The notes under the pieces are model-generated. The model ran no database searches. It was not told where the DNA came from and worked only from the letters and a program-made list of their open reading frames with translations. The position numbers and the translations under genes were made by a program. A stretch of DNA of 63,285 bases, counting the filler, from Octopus bimaculoides (Eukaryota): the NCBI RefSeq assembly GCF_001194135.2. It is 6 parts of 6 records of this genome, joined end to end, with 100 filler letters (N's around TTAATTAATTAA, not from the genome) between each part and the next. Parts side by side here need not be neighbours in the genome. Positions count along the whole stretch, not along the records: positions 1 to 16,112 come from NC_069000.1; positions 16,213 to 34,455 come from NC_068996.1; 4 more parts are not named here. The stretch is one strand, 5' to 3'. Shown here piece after piece: positions 12,395-26,399 of the stretch. The number at the start of each line of letters is the position of its first letter. Positions within the stretch are counted from its first letter, which is position 1.

Positions 12395-12603
12395 AAAAAA
12401 AGGAAAAATAATCCAGAATCTTTCTTCAGTAACTGATCGATCCCAAAATCTTATCAGTTCGTGCCAGTCACAAGGCCAAATATCCATGAAAGTTTCATCC
12501 GAATCCATTCAGTGGTACTTGAGATATCTTGTCCACGAACAAACAAAGAAACAAACACGACTGAAAACATTAACTCCGCCTTCGCTAAGGTGGAGATAAT
12601 AAT
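12395..12603. mobile_element. DINE-1/Helentron-associated (HINE)-like non-autonomous element end
   Basis: CATGAAAGTTTCATCCGAATCC..ACAAACAAAGAAACAAAC..GAAAACATTAA followed by terminal hairpin CTCCGCCTT-CGCT-AAGGTGGAG (12574-12595). Family assignment is from memory. Confidence 0.45.
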
Positions 12604-13264
12604 AAATCTGAATTGAAGAACGAATATACAGTGCGTGTATTTATTTGCCAAAAAAAAAAAAATGATCATCCCAAAATATAACATTATTATGCTACCTTTG
12701 AATGGTTACAATACCGCAGCTGTTAAATATACTCAACGAGTAGGCAAATGTTTCATTTGAGTTTTATTAATATTAGCATCATTACTTCAGTTGCCTACAG
12801 AATTGGTTAATTAAAATTATTGCAATGAATTGTACAGAAGACGATAGTTATTACATACATATTTCCTAAATAAATAACTGATAACCAATAACTGATGAAA
12901 TGAAATGAAATTAAGTAGCCAATGCTTTGAGATCTTATAAATTATCCCACGTGTGTGTCTGTGAAAATATGAAATATTTAATTCATAATCGTTAGACCAA
13001 CAAAACATACTTCTTTTCACGTATCACTCTTCGGGAACTATGTATGTATGTATGCATGTATGTATGTATGTGTGTGTGTATGTATGTATATATGTATGTG
13101 TGTGTGTATGTATGCATGTATGTATGTGTGTGTATGTATATATGTACGTGTGTGTGTATGTATGTATGTATGTATGTATGAATATATGTATGTATGCATG
13201 TATGTATGTGTGTGTCTGTGTGTCTGCCTTTGTGTGTGTATGTAACTATGAATGCATGTATGTA

Positions 13265-13307
<43 letters not shown>

Positions 13308-13471
13308 TTTTATGATATATTTATTTTCTGGAGTGTATGAATTAAATTCTTCTTTATTGAATTATTTAATAGTGGTTTTTCTCTAAATTTTATACATATA
13401 TTTTATATTGGGAAATTTGATTTAGTATTGCTAAATAGAATTTTTCCCTGTAAGTTTTGGAAATTATTCCC

Positions 13472-13511
<40 letters not shown>

Positions 13512-13953
13512 TATGTGTGTGTGTATGTGTGTGTATGTATACATGCACTAGCGACGGCAGCAATGTTAATGTCAAATGGCAGTCTTTATATCCTACACAA
13601 CGTGAATGTACTATTAGCATGTACTGCGGTATTCGCCTCGGCCGATGCTCTCACATAGACGTACGTTTCTAAGAGCACAGATATATATCGCTAGCAGATG
13701 AGAATTGGCTGCTTATGTGGCAAGCGGATGCCTGCAACTGAAGAAGCACAGTTCACTGAAATCATGTGTTCTGGCACTTCCAGCACCCATGCCAGACGGA
13801 TCTCGTCTGCTAACGATATATGCCTATACTTTGAGCACCGTACATATATATGAGTGAATACCGAATTTATAATACATCCACATTGAGAAGGATATAAAAA
13901 TTGCCATTTATTTACACACATACACACACACGCATGCACACACACATATACAC

Positions 13954-13996
<43 letters not shown>

Positions 13997-14341
13997 CACG
14001 TATGTATGCATATATGTACGTATGTATGTACAAGTTTGTATATGTGTATGTGTATGCATATAATTGCATGATATATACCTATGTATATATAAATTTGCAT
14101 ACGTTTGTGGGATAATCCGTGGTAGATGATAGTATTAGTCGAGATTCAAAACACGTAACGAGATATACATTAAACAATGTGTAAATCAATTGAGGAATAT
14201 AGCCGACCATGAATTCATAAAGAAGAAAAATATAAGTTCATAATGCATAATGCATGTTCCATTATATTGAATAAAATGGCACTAACGCCAGATTGCGTGG
14301 ACAGCATTCAGCTAAAGATTTACAATACACAATGAACTATA

Positions 14342-14385
<44 letters not shown>

Positions 14386-16112
14386 CTGGCTTACAGTATA
14401 TGGTATGGATTACGTGATTACATGTTAATATTAAGCTGAAGGTCACTTATTGAAGTAAGCATGTTGATGTAAGCATGACAATTGAAGTAACCTCTGTAAA
14501 ATATACTTTATCCTTGCTCAAAAGACCGCTGTCTCTGGATCGAGGAAGTGGTCTTGAATTATATTGTTGTCTATTGGGTATATTCAACCATTATTCTTCA
14601 TTTTTATAATTACGCTTATGTTTCCTGTCCATACCAGCTCCGTTAGCATCCATTCAAAGTGCATTGTGTTTCTTATTAATCGTGATGTTTTAACAATTTT
14701 TATATTTTAAAGAATATATCCTATGATAAAAGCGTTCATGTGTATATATAATATAAATTTAAAGATATGTCTCATATTGCATGAAAAAGAAAATTCATAT
14801 AACTAAATTTGAGATGTCATCAGATTAACTATTAATCATATTTCGCGCACTTGTGCTAGATCAGACAATCGTCTGGTCATTGAATAAATGGCTGTTTTGG
14901 ATTTGATACGTTTCTGTGAAGTATAACCATTAGTTTCGTGCCCTGCAGTTATATGAAGCTACTTTGATAATAATATTCGATATTGCTTGAGGAAAGCAGA
15001 GGTGTAATCCTCTTTGTCTTTGAAATGTATATGTAAGTATTATCTGGTCTTAAACATATTTAAAGTAACACTTACATAGTTTTCAACCAATTTGAGTATA
15101 GCACTTAAAAATGAGGCTTCATATATAACCACTTTCGAGAGGAACAATTCTTTAAACTGATATATTGAGGGGTTTCTGCATTTATAAGTTGGTTCCTAGT
15201 TGTGGAGTGGAAGTAAGGAAACAATACTATCTAAGCGTTTGCTGTATTTATTACATTGGTAAAAGATGTGATATCAAGTATAAGAAATTCATGTTTTTAT
15301 TGGTGGAGAAATTACCTTTAAAATGTGGATTAAATCAGAATATCTATCTCTTTTCGGTTCTTTTGTCTTGTACGAAATAATCCTTTTTCAAAAGTTTTTT
15401 TCCCCCAAAGCAGCGTTTGTTTCTCGGCAGTCGTTATTACTCATGGTGAGTGCAGTTCTGCTGAAAATGCCTTATGATAATAAATTAAGAACTCTCCAAG
15501 ATGTGCCGGTTGCAAAATTCCTAATTATGGCTAGTGGGTGGTTGAAATACTTGTGTATGTAGTTTTGTCATTCGCATTTCTGGTTTAGTAGGGTATGCCT
15601 TCATTTCAATGTTGACCTGTGTCAAGAAGGTTAAATGTTGTTAGTTTGGCTTTAATAGTTATATATCAATTTCACTGAATATTCTTCTCAAGTCGTTTCT
15701 GAGTATCTGATGTATGTGCATATATGTGTACATATGTTTATATTATCGTCAGTCAATTCGAGGATGTTAGATCCACACTAGGGATTATAAAATAAAAAAA
15801 AACATTCCACTGGTTAATCACTTATCATATAATGCGAAAGTCTCTGCGATATGTTAAGGATTATTGTAGTAATACGTATTATTAATACTGAAAGAAAGAA
15901 AATGGAGAAAAAATGGATGTATTAATAATTTATGTGTATGACATAAAGATGTTGAAATTTTTTTTTATCTCCCATTTCGTTTTGAGCTTTACAACTTATA
16001 ATTTATTTGTATTTCTATTTAAAAAAAAAACATTCAGCGTCTTGATATCATACAAATAAATTATTCATATAACCATCTTTCTCCATTTTCTTTCTTTCAA
16101 TACATACATATG

Positions 16113-16212
16113 NNNNNNNNNNNNNNNNNNNNNNNNNNNNNNNNNNNNNNNNNNNNTTAATTAATTAANNNNNNNNNNNNNNNNNNNNNNNNNNNNNNNN
16201 NNNNNNNNNNNN
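16113..16212. other. Assembly spacer: 44 N + TTAATTAATTAA + 44 N (also centred at 34500, 39810, 54823 and 61005)
   Basis: The same palindromic 12-mer, with stops in all six frames, is centred in five 100-bp gaps. Confidence 0.95.
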
Positions 16213-16771
16213 ATATATATATATATATATATACACATACATACATTTATTCTCATGATAAAAGTTTTAAGTAGTTTGCATCTTCGTTGATCTTCATTGG
16301 GACAGTATGGCTGTATTTAAGAAGTTCGTTTCGCAACTATGCAGTTTCAAGTTTGATCTAGCCGTGTAGCAAACGAGGAGATGTCATTTAAAGGACACTG
16401 GGAGTAAACAAGGCTTGGCAGATGGGTTCAATGCGAACCCCGCCCTATACATATATATATCCATATATATTAGTTTAAATCGATTCACTAAACTTTTACA
16501 GAGATATATTTCAAGATTTAGAGAATTTAAGCATTTCATAAATAGAAACCGATAAGGGTGTACTATATAAGGTACTGGGGTTGATATAATGGCATAAAGA
16601 CTCTTGAAAAACTGTCACACCATGAACACAATCTAATAACTAAAACAGATTATGTTTGTGTGTGTGTGTGTGTGTCTGTGTATGTATACACATATACATA
16701 GAACGTATGTACGTTTGTGCGTATCTCTCACTGTGTATATACATATATACACACGCACGCACACGCACACA

Positions 16772-16834
<63 letters not shown>

Positions 16835-18226
16835 GTATATGTATGTATACACTACACACCATATTTAACAAATTTGATGTATTGTAGATGTAACAATATT
16901 GACATTTTGTAGTCTTTTAATTAGCTTTACCGTAATAATAGTTCTTGTGTTCTTAATAGATATTTATACAGTGCAGCGCACTTTGTAGTACAGTAATGCT
17001 ACAAATAACTTGGATTGTCGGATAGTCGTATGTAGAAACATGCAATATTTATTCCGGCTCTGTATTCTCTGAGTTCAAATTTGGTCAATATCTACTTAGT
17101 TTTTCATTATTTAAGGCTTCACAAAACCAAAAAAAAAAAAAAGAATTCCAGTTATCCCTTTTGTCTGTGTAAAACCCATAATTTAAATGTCCAGGTTTCT
17201 CCTTTAGTGGCAAACTGATCTGGTTTGAGAAAGGCATTAAGAGTACGTTTGTATGTGAAACAATCAAGAGTTTACACGCTTATTTCACGACTATGTAGAT
17301 CAGTTGATCGAGCAATTGTATGCTCATTGCCGAAACAACTAGGAATTCCATCAGTAATGTATTTTAAAAATGAAATATTGTAGCATGACCTATAAGTGGG
17401 CGGTGTATTTCGGAATAACGCATTTTGATAATGTAATGTAGTGTTATAATGTTTTGTAGTAATGTAATGCACTTCCACATAATTATAATACATGTATAAT
17501 GTCTTAGTGGGTGTGCTGTAATATTGCATTCTGAAGTGATCTATCGTTGACAGAAAGGTATATAGGTGTGCTGGACTGTTGTGTATTGTAGTAGTATATA
17601 TACTAGAGTACTAATTTAGAAGACTGTTCAGATGTGATGTATCATAGCAACGCAAATATGGGAAACAACAAGCAAGAATAACAGCAAGAAAAATAAGAAA
17701 GCAAGGTAGCAGCAGTAGCAGCAACGATTTCAAGAACCAAACGGGAATGTAGTGTGATTCAGTTTGGCTCTAAGTGTATAGGTGTAGATTATTGCATGGA
17801 ATATTAACGGCAGTAACAGCGCTAGAAATACCACCACCCCCGCCCTAACACCACTATTGAAGTCACCACCGACGAAACTACCACCGCTACCACAATCACT
17901 AACATCCTCCTACTTCCCCCCCTCCTCCTCCTCCTCTTCCTCCTCCTCCTCATCATCAAAAGCAGCAACAACAGCGTCACCACTAGTGGCAATAATATCA
18001 GTTAATAGCAATGGATGTAGAATAGCCGAACCTAGCTTGCAGTGACAACAGCAGCAGCAGCAGCAACAACAACAAATAATCCTAAGTATAATTATGATGA
18101 TGATGATGATGATGATGATGATAGCAAAAACAATAGCAATAAGACAATATGAATGTTTCATAGAAAAGTAGAAAGATAGAGATTAAAATAAATATAGAGA
18201 AAGAAAGAGAGAAAGAGAGAGAAAGT

Positions 18227-18269
<43 letters not shown>

Positions 18270-19820
18270 AGAGAGAAAAAGATGGATAGATAGATAGAAA
18301 AAAAGAGTGTGAGAGAGGTGGGGGTTGATGACTAGCAAACGTTGTCCCGCCATTTGATTCTCCCGAGAGAAGGTGAGCAATAGAACATCTTATGTTAGGT
18401 GTGTGCTAGTCGCCTCAATCATAGCAACGTGTCAATCCTCCACCCGTTGGGAAATCTGCCAACGTACGCTCGGTCCTGGACTGGTGCCAAAATATCGCCT
18501 CCTTGACAACGGTGGGACACAGTATGTGCAAGTCGTTGAAACATTCATATTTTTCTTGTTCCNNNNNNNNNNNNNNNNNNNNNNNNNNNNNNNNNNNNNN
18601 NNNNNNNNNNNNNNNNNNNNNNNNNNNNNNNNNNNNNNNNNNNNNNNNNNNNNNNNNNNNNNNNNNNNNNNNNNNNNNNNNNNNNNNNNNNNNNNNNNNN
18701 NNNNNNNNNNNNNNNNNNNNNNNNNNNNNNNNNNNNNNNNNNNNNNNNNNNNNNNNNNNNNNNNNNNNNNNNNNNNNNNNNNNNNNNNNNNNNNNNNNNN
18801 NNNNNNNNNNNNNNNNNNNNNNNNNNNNNNNNNNNNNNNNNNNNNNNNNNNNNNNNNNNNNNNNNNNNNNNNNNNNNNNNNNNNNNNNNNNNNNNNNNNN
18901 NNNNNNNNNNNNNNNNNNNNNNNNNNNNNNNNNNNNNNNNNNNNNNNNNNNNNNNNNNNNNNNNNNNNNNNNNNNNNNNNNNNNNNNNNNNNNNNNNNNN
19001 NNNNNNNNNNNNNNNNNNNNNNNNNNNNNNNNNNNNNNNNNNNNNNNNNNNNNNNNNNNNNNNNNNNNNNNNNNNNNNNNNNNNNNNNNNNNNNNNNNNN
19101 NNNNNNNNNNNNNNNNNNNNNNNNNNNNNNNNNNNNNNNNNNNNNNNNNNNNNNNNNNNNNNNNNNNNNNNNNNNNNNNNNNNNNNNNNNNNNNNNNNNN
19201 NNNNNNNNNNNNNNNNNNNNNNNNNNNNNNNNNNNNNNNNNNNNNNNNNNNNNNNNNNNNNNNNNNNNNNNNNNNNNNNNNNNNNNNNNNNNNNNNNNNN
19301 NNNNNNNNNNNNNNNNNNNNNNNNNNNNNNNNNNNNNNNNNNNNNNNNNNNNNNNNNNNNNNNNNNNNNNNNNNNNNNNNNNNNNNNNNNNNNNNNNNNN
19401 NNNNNNNNNNNNNNNNNNNNNNNNNNNNNNNNNNNNNNNNNNNNNNNNNNNNNNNNNNNNNNNNNNNNNNNNNNNNNNNNNNNNNNNNNNNNNNNNNNNN
19501 NNNNNNNNNNNNNNNNNNNNNNNNNNNNNNNNNNNNNNNNNNNATATATATATATATATATATATATATACACGCACACATATGTATGTGTGTGTGTATG
19601 TGTATGTATGTACGTGTGTGGATGTGTATATATGTGTGTGTAAATGTATGTGTGTAGGTCTAGTAGAACAAACACGAGAAAAAGAACTCAATATATAAGT
19701 GTATATAAATATTTTCCAGTCAGGTGTAAATTGCATAACTTTTACACTTGATTAATAATATATTGACACACATCCACCCACATGTATATACAGACATATG
19801 TATACACACACGCACACACA

Positions 19821-19861
<41 letters not shown>

Positions 19862-20094
19862 ACACACACACAAACATATGTATATGGAATGCTGTGAGGC
19901 TGATTATGAATATCAACAATATGGCTGTAAAATATACCTCATGGGAGCAAGCGCACGCTAAATACAAATACAGTAGCGTATCATACATGTAATGCAGTGA
20001 GTAGAAAAAATTACCAATTAAGTGAGGTGCCTTGAAATTAGCAGATACTCCACTACCATCAAACACTACAACAAAACCAACCACAAAATCAGTT

Positions 20095-20130
20095 TGTTGT
20101 TGTTGTCGTTGTTGCTGCTGCTGCCGCTGG

Positions 20131-20161
<31 letters not shown>

Positions 20162-20209
20162 CTTCTTCTTCTTCTTCTTCTTCTTCTTCTTCTTCTTCTT
20201 CTTCTTCTT

Positions 20210-20273
<64 letters not shown>

Positions 20274-20280
20274 AACAACA
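20095..20280. repeat. Compound trinucleotide microsatellite (TTG/CTG)-(TTC)-(TAC)-(AAC)
   Basis: Read directly; one example of dozens of (TA), (CA), (TAA), (GATA) and (CAT) arrays. Confidence 0.95.
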
Positions 20281-20465
20281 TTATTGTTGTTCTGATTAGT
20301 AATGATGGACAGGGATAATGATGATAATGATGATGACGAAAATAAAAATGACGATGATTATGATGTTGATGGTAGAGATGATAATGATACCTTAAATGGA
20401 TTGAGGCTCCAATATGAATAAGTGTAATATCACTGGTATTATTGGTATTGTATATATCCACACAT

Positions 20466-20699
20466 TGGCGTGGTTGTGTAGTAAGAAGCTTGCTTCCCAG
20501 CCACATAGTTCCGGGTTCAAGTCCCATTTCCTGGCACTTTGAGCAAGTATCTTCCACTAAAATCTCGGGCCGACCAAAGCCTTGTGAGTAGATTTGTTAG
20601 ATTTATATGTATATGTGTGTGTGTGTGTGTGCGCGTGTGTGCGTGTGTGTGCGTGTGTGCGCGTGCGTGCGTATGTGTATGTGCATGTGCGTGTGTATG

Positions 20700-20754
<55 letters not shown>
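20466..20754 (+). mobile_element. SINE family C, 5' half
   Basis: Head and CORE-like segment, then a (TG)n run into a gap. Confidence 0.8.
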
Positions 20755-22517
20755 NNNNNNNNNNNNNNNNNNNNNNNNNNNNNNNNNNNNNNNNNNNNNN
20801 NNNNNNNNNNNNNNNNNNNNNNNNNNNNNNNNNNNNNNNNNNNNNNNNNNNNNNNNNNNNNNNNNNNNNNNNNNNNNNNNNNNNNNNNNNNNNNNNNNNN
20901 NNNNNNNNNNNNNNNNNNNNNNNNNNNNNNNNNNNNNNNNNNNNNNNNNNNNNNNNNNNNNNNNNNNNNNNNNNNNNNNNNNNNNNNNNNNNNNNNNNNN
21001 NNNNNNNNNNNNNNNNNNNNNNNNNNNNNNNNNNNNNNNNNNNNNNNNNNNNNNNNNNNNNNNNNNNNNNNNNNNNNNNNNNNNNNNNNNNNNNNNNNNN
21101 NNNNNNNNNNNNNNNNNNNNNNNNNNNNNNNNNNNNNNNNNNNNNNNNNNNNNNNNNNNNNNNNNNNNNNNNNNNNNNNNNNNNNNNNNNNNNNNNNNNN
21201 NNNNNNNNNNNNNNNNNNNNNNNNNNNNNNNNNNNNNNNNNNNNNNNNNNNNNNNNNNNNNNNNNNNNNNNNNNNNNNNNNNNNNNNNNNNNNNNNNNNN
21301 NNNNNNNNNNNNNNNNNNNNNNNNNNNNNNNNNNNNNNNNNNNNNNNNNNNNNNNNNNNNNNNNNNNNNNNNNNNNNNNNNNNNNNNNNNNNNNNNNNNN
21401 NNNNNNNNNNNNNNNNNNNNNNNNNNNNNNNNNNNNNNNNNNNNNNNNNNNNNNNNNNNNNNNNNNNNNNNNNNNNNNNNNNNNNNNNNNNNNNNNNNNN
21501 NNNNNNNNAACATTTGCTTCACCACATACCGAAGTTCAGAAATAGCAGCTAAAAAAGCTGAGACTCCAACAAATAGCATTACTTGTAACTCACAAAGGCA
21601 AAAACAAGAAGAAAAAAACAAATGAAAACTAACCGTTCGAAGTTAATCATAGACGCGTTTCTGGATTATGAGCGATAATACTCAATTTCCTTCATCAATA
21701 CGATATTCTAGTAGTAAATTCGACTACGTTAGCAAAACTGTGCATGCATGAACGAGTGAACATTCATGCATCGGCGAACTTCGGTATGTGGTGAAGCAAA
21801 TGTTTGCTGATCCCTTAATTATGTTTATAAATGTATAAGAACTTTTAAATAAGTTATCCGCCGATAATGGTGTTTACATACCGAAGGGCTTGGTAAAAAT
21901 TATTAATTGTTGATTTATTAATAAATTAATAAATTGTAATAATTATTCACTCCCTGATAGTAAACCGCAAATTTTCTACGGTATTGCTTGTGACGCACAT
22001 GGTAATTTCTTGAGGAAGAAATAGTGGACTGGCTGGCCGAGGTAGGTTCGGTTATGCTTTCAGGTTGTGCCGATGCATGAATGTTCACTCGTTCATGCAT
22101 GCACAGTTTTGCTAGCATAGTCGAATTTACTACTAGAATATCATACCGATGAAGGAAATTGAGTATTATCGCTCATAATCCAGAAACGCGTCTATGATTA
22201 ACTTCGAACGGTTAGTTTTCATTTGTTTTTTCTTCTTGTTTTTGCCTTTGTGAGTTACAAGTAATGCTATCTGTTGGAGTCTCAGCTTTTTTAGCTGCTA
22301 TTTCTGAACTTCGGTATGTGGTGAAGCAAATGTTTGCTGATCCCTTAATTATGTTTATAAATGTATAAGAACTTTTAAATAAGTTCTCCACCGATAATGG
22401 TGTTTACATACCGAAGGGCTTGGTAAAAATTATTAATTGTTGATTTATTAATAAATTAATAAATTGATAAACCTTTACCCTTTTAATTATATATTATATA
22501 TATATATATTTATATAA

Positions 22518-22591
<74 letters not shown>

Positions 22592-23718
22592 CATACATAC
22601 ATATATACACATATATATGTTCACTTTTTGTTATATTCAGAGACGAACCACACAAAGTACCTTATTCATCACAATCTCTTGTGCACGTTTTAGCACTTTA
22701 ACCAAGACCATTTAAAGGAATAAGAAAGCTTCTTTGTAGTCGTTTTCAGAAATAACGTTGCCAAATCTCTCCTCTTTAATTTCCTTGAGTTATACAGGTA
22801 TCAGATTCGAGGACAGCTGTGAAGCCTCCTCTCTGTCAGTTCATCCTACTATATCCTCGTCAACCAATATTGGGAAGCAAACTCTGCGAAGAAAACTCTA
22901 TGAATCTTACATAGTTTTTAAATCTTTCTAGATTAGAAATAAAACACTCCCTGAAATACTATCCACCCACTTTAAAATAGATACCACATAAGTCAAGAAA
23001 AATCCTGATCACTCAGGAGATTAGATTTCGTTCAATAAATTTTCTAGCTATCTCAAAATAGGAATAATCTGCAAGAAACAATAGGAAATATTCTACATTA
23101 TCTTTCGAACTTCTTAATTTAGTGGCTAAATATCATTCATCAAATCTAACAAAAACAGAAAAAAAACTCAGAACCCAAAATACAAAAAAGAAAAAAACCC
23201 GAAACAAAAACAAACAACAAAGTGGGGAGAAAGGGAGACAACACATTTATTTATGTTCAAAATATTACAAAAGCATGACCCGAAAACATGGCGGTTGTGC
23301 GTACGAGTAGAATGTCGACTTAATATTCTATTGGATCAGCTACTTCTGTTTGATCAATCAACCAAAGAAGATCTCAACATTAAAAACAACAAAAACAATA
23401 ACAACAACAACTTTGAAATGGCGTTAATGGTCTTGGTTATGGTCTACTGGTTAGATGACTAGACACTGATTTAGAATAGTTTAGTTTATGAAAGTAGATT
23501 AAGGTATTATAACGGTAAGTATCAAAAAGCCAGGAAACCTTTGTTTCGCTATATTTCTTATGTTTGAATTACTTTATCATTTAAGGAACATATTTTGCGG
23601 AAGCAAGTGTTTTCATTACTTACCTTCAAAAAGCACCATTCACTGAAGTAATTTATACAAATTAGAGAAACCGTACGTCAAACACCCCCACCCCACACAC
23701 ACACACAAACGCACGCAT

Positions 23719-23811
<93 letters not shown>

Positions 23812-23919
23812 CATACACATACACACGCGCGCACATGTATACAAATGGGATAAACAACATATAGTTGCAGGAATGGACATGCGGTTAGGTGGTTTGTTTT
23901 ATAAGTTATACTTATTGCA

Positions 23920-25210
23920 CAAACGGAACATTTCATTAAGGGTTTAATATAGAAAACTCTCGATCTTGACAAAAGTAACCAAATCACCGATCAAAATTCG
24001 GGTTTAAGATATAGAAGTGCACCATAACAAATGATTGAAGTTGATCTCGAAATCACCAAAACTGATAAGTTTATATTGATTACTAGTCTTTTCCAGAAAT
24101 ATAATAAATGATAATGATTAAAACCAACACAATCATCTTCGCAAATCAGGAAAAGGAAATTCTAAAACTAGTTTAGAACAAATCCATCTTCTCTGCCATC
24201 ACCAAAATATAACACAATTTACTGTTTTGAATATCAACGCTAACATCATAAAATTGCGACCGAATTATATGTAAAACAAATTCTGGCATTATAATATCTA
24301 CACGTTGCTTTGAAAGACCACAAAAACTTTCGCACACCACCGATTTTTAAAGCCAATTAACCAATCAAAATAGATATTGATGTCATTAGGAAACATATTC
24401 TTGATTGCGTAATTTCCAAACTGAAGTCAGCTTCAACTTACCCCTTGGAACAACACTAATTTAGTCTCTTCCTGCCAAAGAAAATGTAGATCACCCAATT
24501 TGAGATTTATTTTCTTTTGAACGTAATCAATTTTGCAAGGCAATTATCACTAGTTATATTCTCTAAGATTGACATTATATTACTTTCTAGAAATACATTA
24601 AAATCTCTCCGTCAACTAAGGGTTCCCTTGTCAGTGACTAAAATTTTGTGTATTAACCAGCATACATTCTAAATTTCTAAATAACGTAAGAGGGTTTTAC
24701 AGAGAAGACGGCATTATTATCCTCCGTAATGTAAATCAACAACAAAAGTTGATTTCGACAAAAAAAGAATTTACAATGGTCGAGTCTATATTTATGAGTG
24801 TCAGCTCCCAAACTTATTTTCAATCTAAACAGTTTCTAATTTTCCCCAAGGAGAGAAACATACAAAATACTTCATTCTACTCTCAAACTATGAAACTATT
24901 CTCAAAATGTCCAGCCAGAAATATTTCTCAATGCCTTTTCCATCGTTCTTTTAACGGATAAATTTTGACAAAGCCTTGGAAATATAACAGTAACATGAAA
25001 CTAAACCCAATCTCCGAAATGATACGTATATCAATAACAATCTATGAACTCCCATAGAAATAGATTTTTATGTGGTATAAGTTTTAACAACAGCCTTTTT
25101 TATAACTCCTACAAAAACATCATGACAATATGACAAGAATTATGACATATTTGACAGATTTTATAAAAATTTCTTATTTTCGACAACTAACTTTCTGCAA
25201 CTTTATCTGA
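23920..25210 (+). mobile_element. Highly decayed Penelope-like element (RT region)
   Basis: EHFIKGLI, ALKDHKNF..P..KHILD, GFYREDGIIILRNVN (degenerate GLYRDDG) and KISY, in the expected order. Confidence 0.55.
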
Positions 25211-26134
25211 CACTAACCACTGTACACGTATTTTTACTTCACCTATATCAACTCCTTACTTCACAAACGTACAGTTGTATTCACACAAATAAATGTCTAT
25301 TGAACTGCAAATGCACCTCTAATGTTACCGCTTTTGGGTGAAATCCGCTCCTGTTTTTTTTTGTGAATCATTTTTAAAACAAATATATAAACCATTTTAA
25401 GGTTTAAATTAAAATTGCTTCAAATTACAATACAAAAACAAAACAAAGCAAAACAGTACTTTTCTCAAATCCATTAGAAACTATCATTGAATCTTATGAA
25501 ATATCGCGTCTAACTTCTCTTTTCTTAATCGTGCATAAACAATGCGAAACAGTCAAATATTTTAACTTTTCCAAAAGGATGAATTTATCTTTGAGACTCG
25601 TTTCCTCTCAGCAGATATTTTCTCGAGACTATGAGACTAACATTTTTCAAATTTTCATTTTTTATCATTTGTTCATAACACTTCATATTTTCAAATTGAT
25701 TTCTAACATCTATTATCCCAACTGGATAATTTAAATTCATCCGTTTTTTATAAACATTTCTATTTCCTTGCTATTTGGACATTCTTTGTCTCTCACATAA
25801 ACCCCAAACTACTCTCTTTCTTTTTCCTCCTCACATCCTTATGAAATTTTTATGTCCCTTTCTCTCTTTCAGTTCTTAGATATTATATATCTATACTCCA
25901 ATATAAACCACTCTAATATCTTCAACCATTTTCACAGTTTCTTATCTTTCTAATAGCCTCAGCAGTTTTTAACAAATTATATTCAGCATTGCCGACAAAA
26001 TAACTTTTCTCCCATTCAATTTGAAACAACACTACCGACCATAGAAAAGCTACTAAACTAATATTAGTATTCTGACAATTAAATGCTTCATGTAATGCAG
26101 TTTGTTGCCAATAGAGGAATATTTTGGAATAAAA

Positions 26135-26209
26135 TTCATAAAATGTTCTGACTGTGTAATTCATAAAATGTTCTGACTGTGCAGTTCATAAAATGTTCTG
26201 ACTATGTAA
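26135..26209. repeat. 25-bp tandem repeat x3
   Basis: TTCATAAAATGTTCTGACTGTGTAA and two variants. Confidence 0.9.
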
Positions 26210-26399
26210 GTCAGAGGTTCAACAGATTATGTTTCTGTTACGGACGTATTGTGCATGTTTGTTTGTTCATTGCTGTCAAGTCCTTAGATATAAAATTAAT
26301 TATTCCTCTGAAATCATATTTTCTAAAGCCCTCTTATAGTAATTTAAGTGAAGATATATTGCAGAACAAATTTCTATTTGTTCTACATTATATATAACT

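Noticed and set aside
17690-18135. polyQ/polyS low-complexity coding exon
   Set aside because: Mixed trinucleotide repeats typical of this genome, without splice signals.
23624-23642. Minus-strand 19-nt microexon with AAG|GTAAGT donor
   Set aside because: Weak pyrimidine tract and not frame-preserving.
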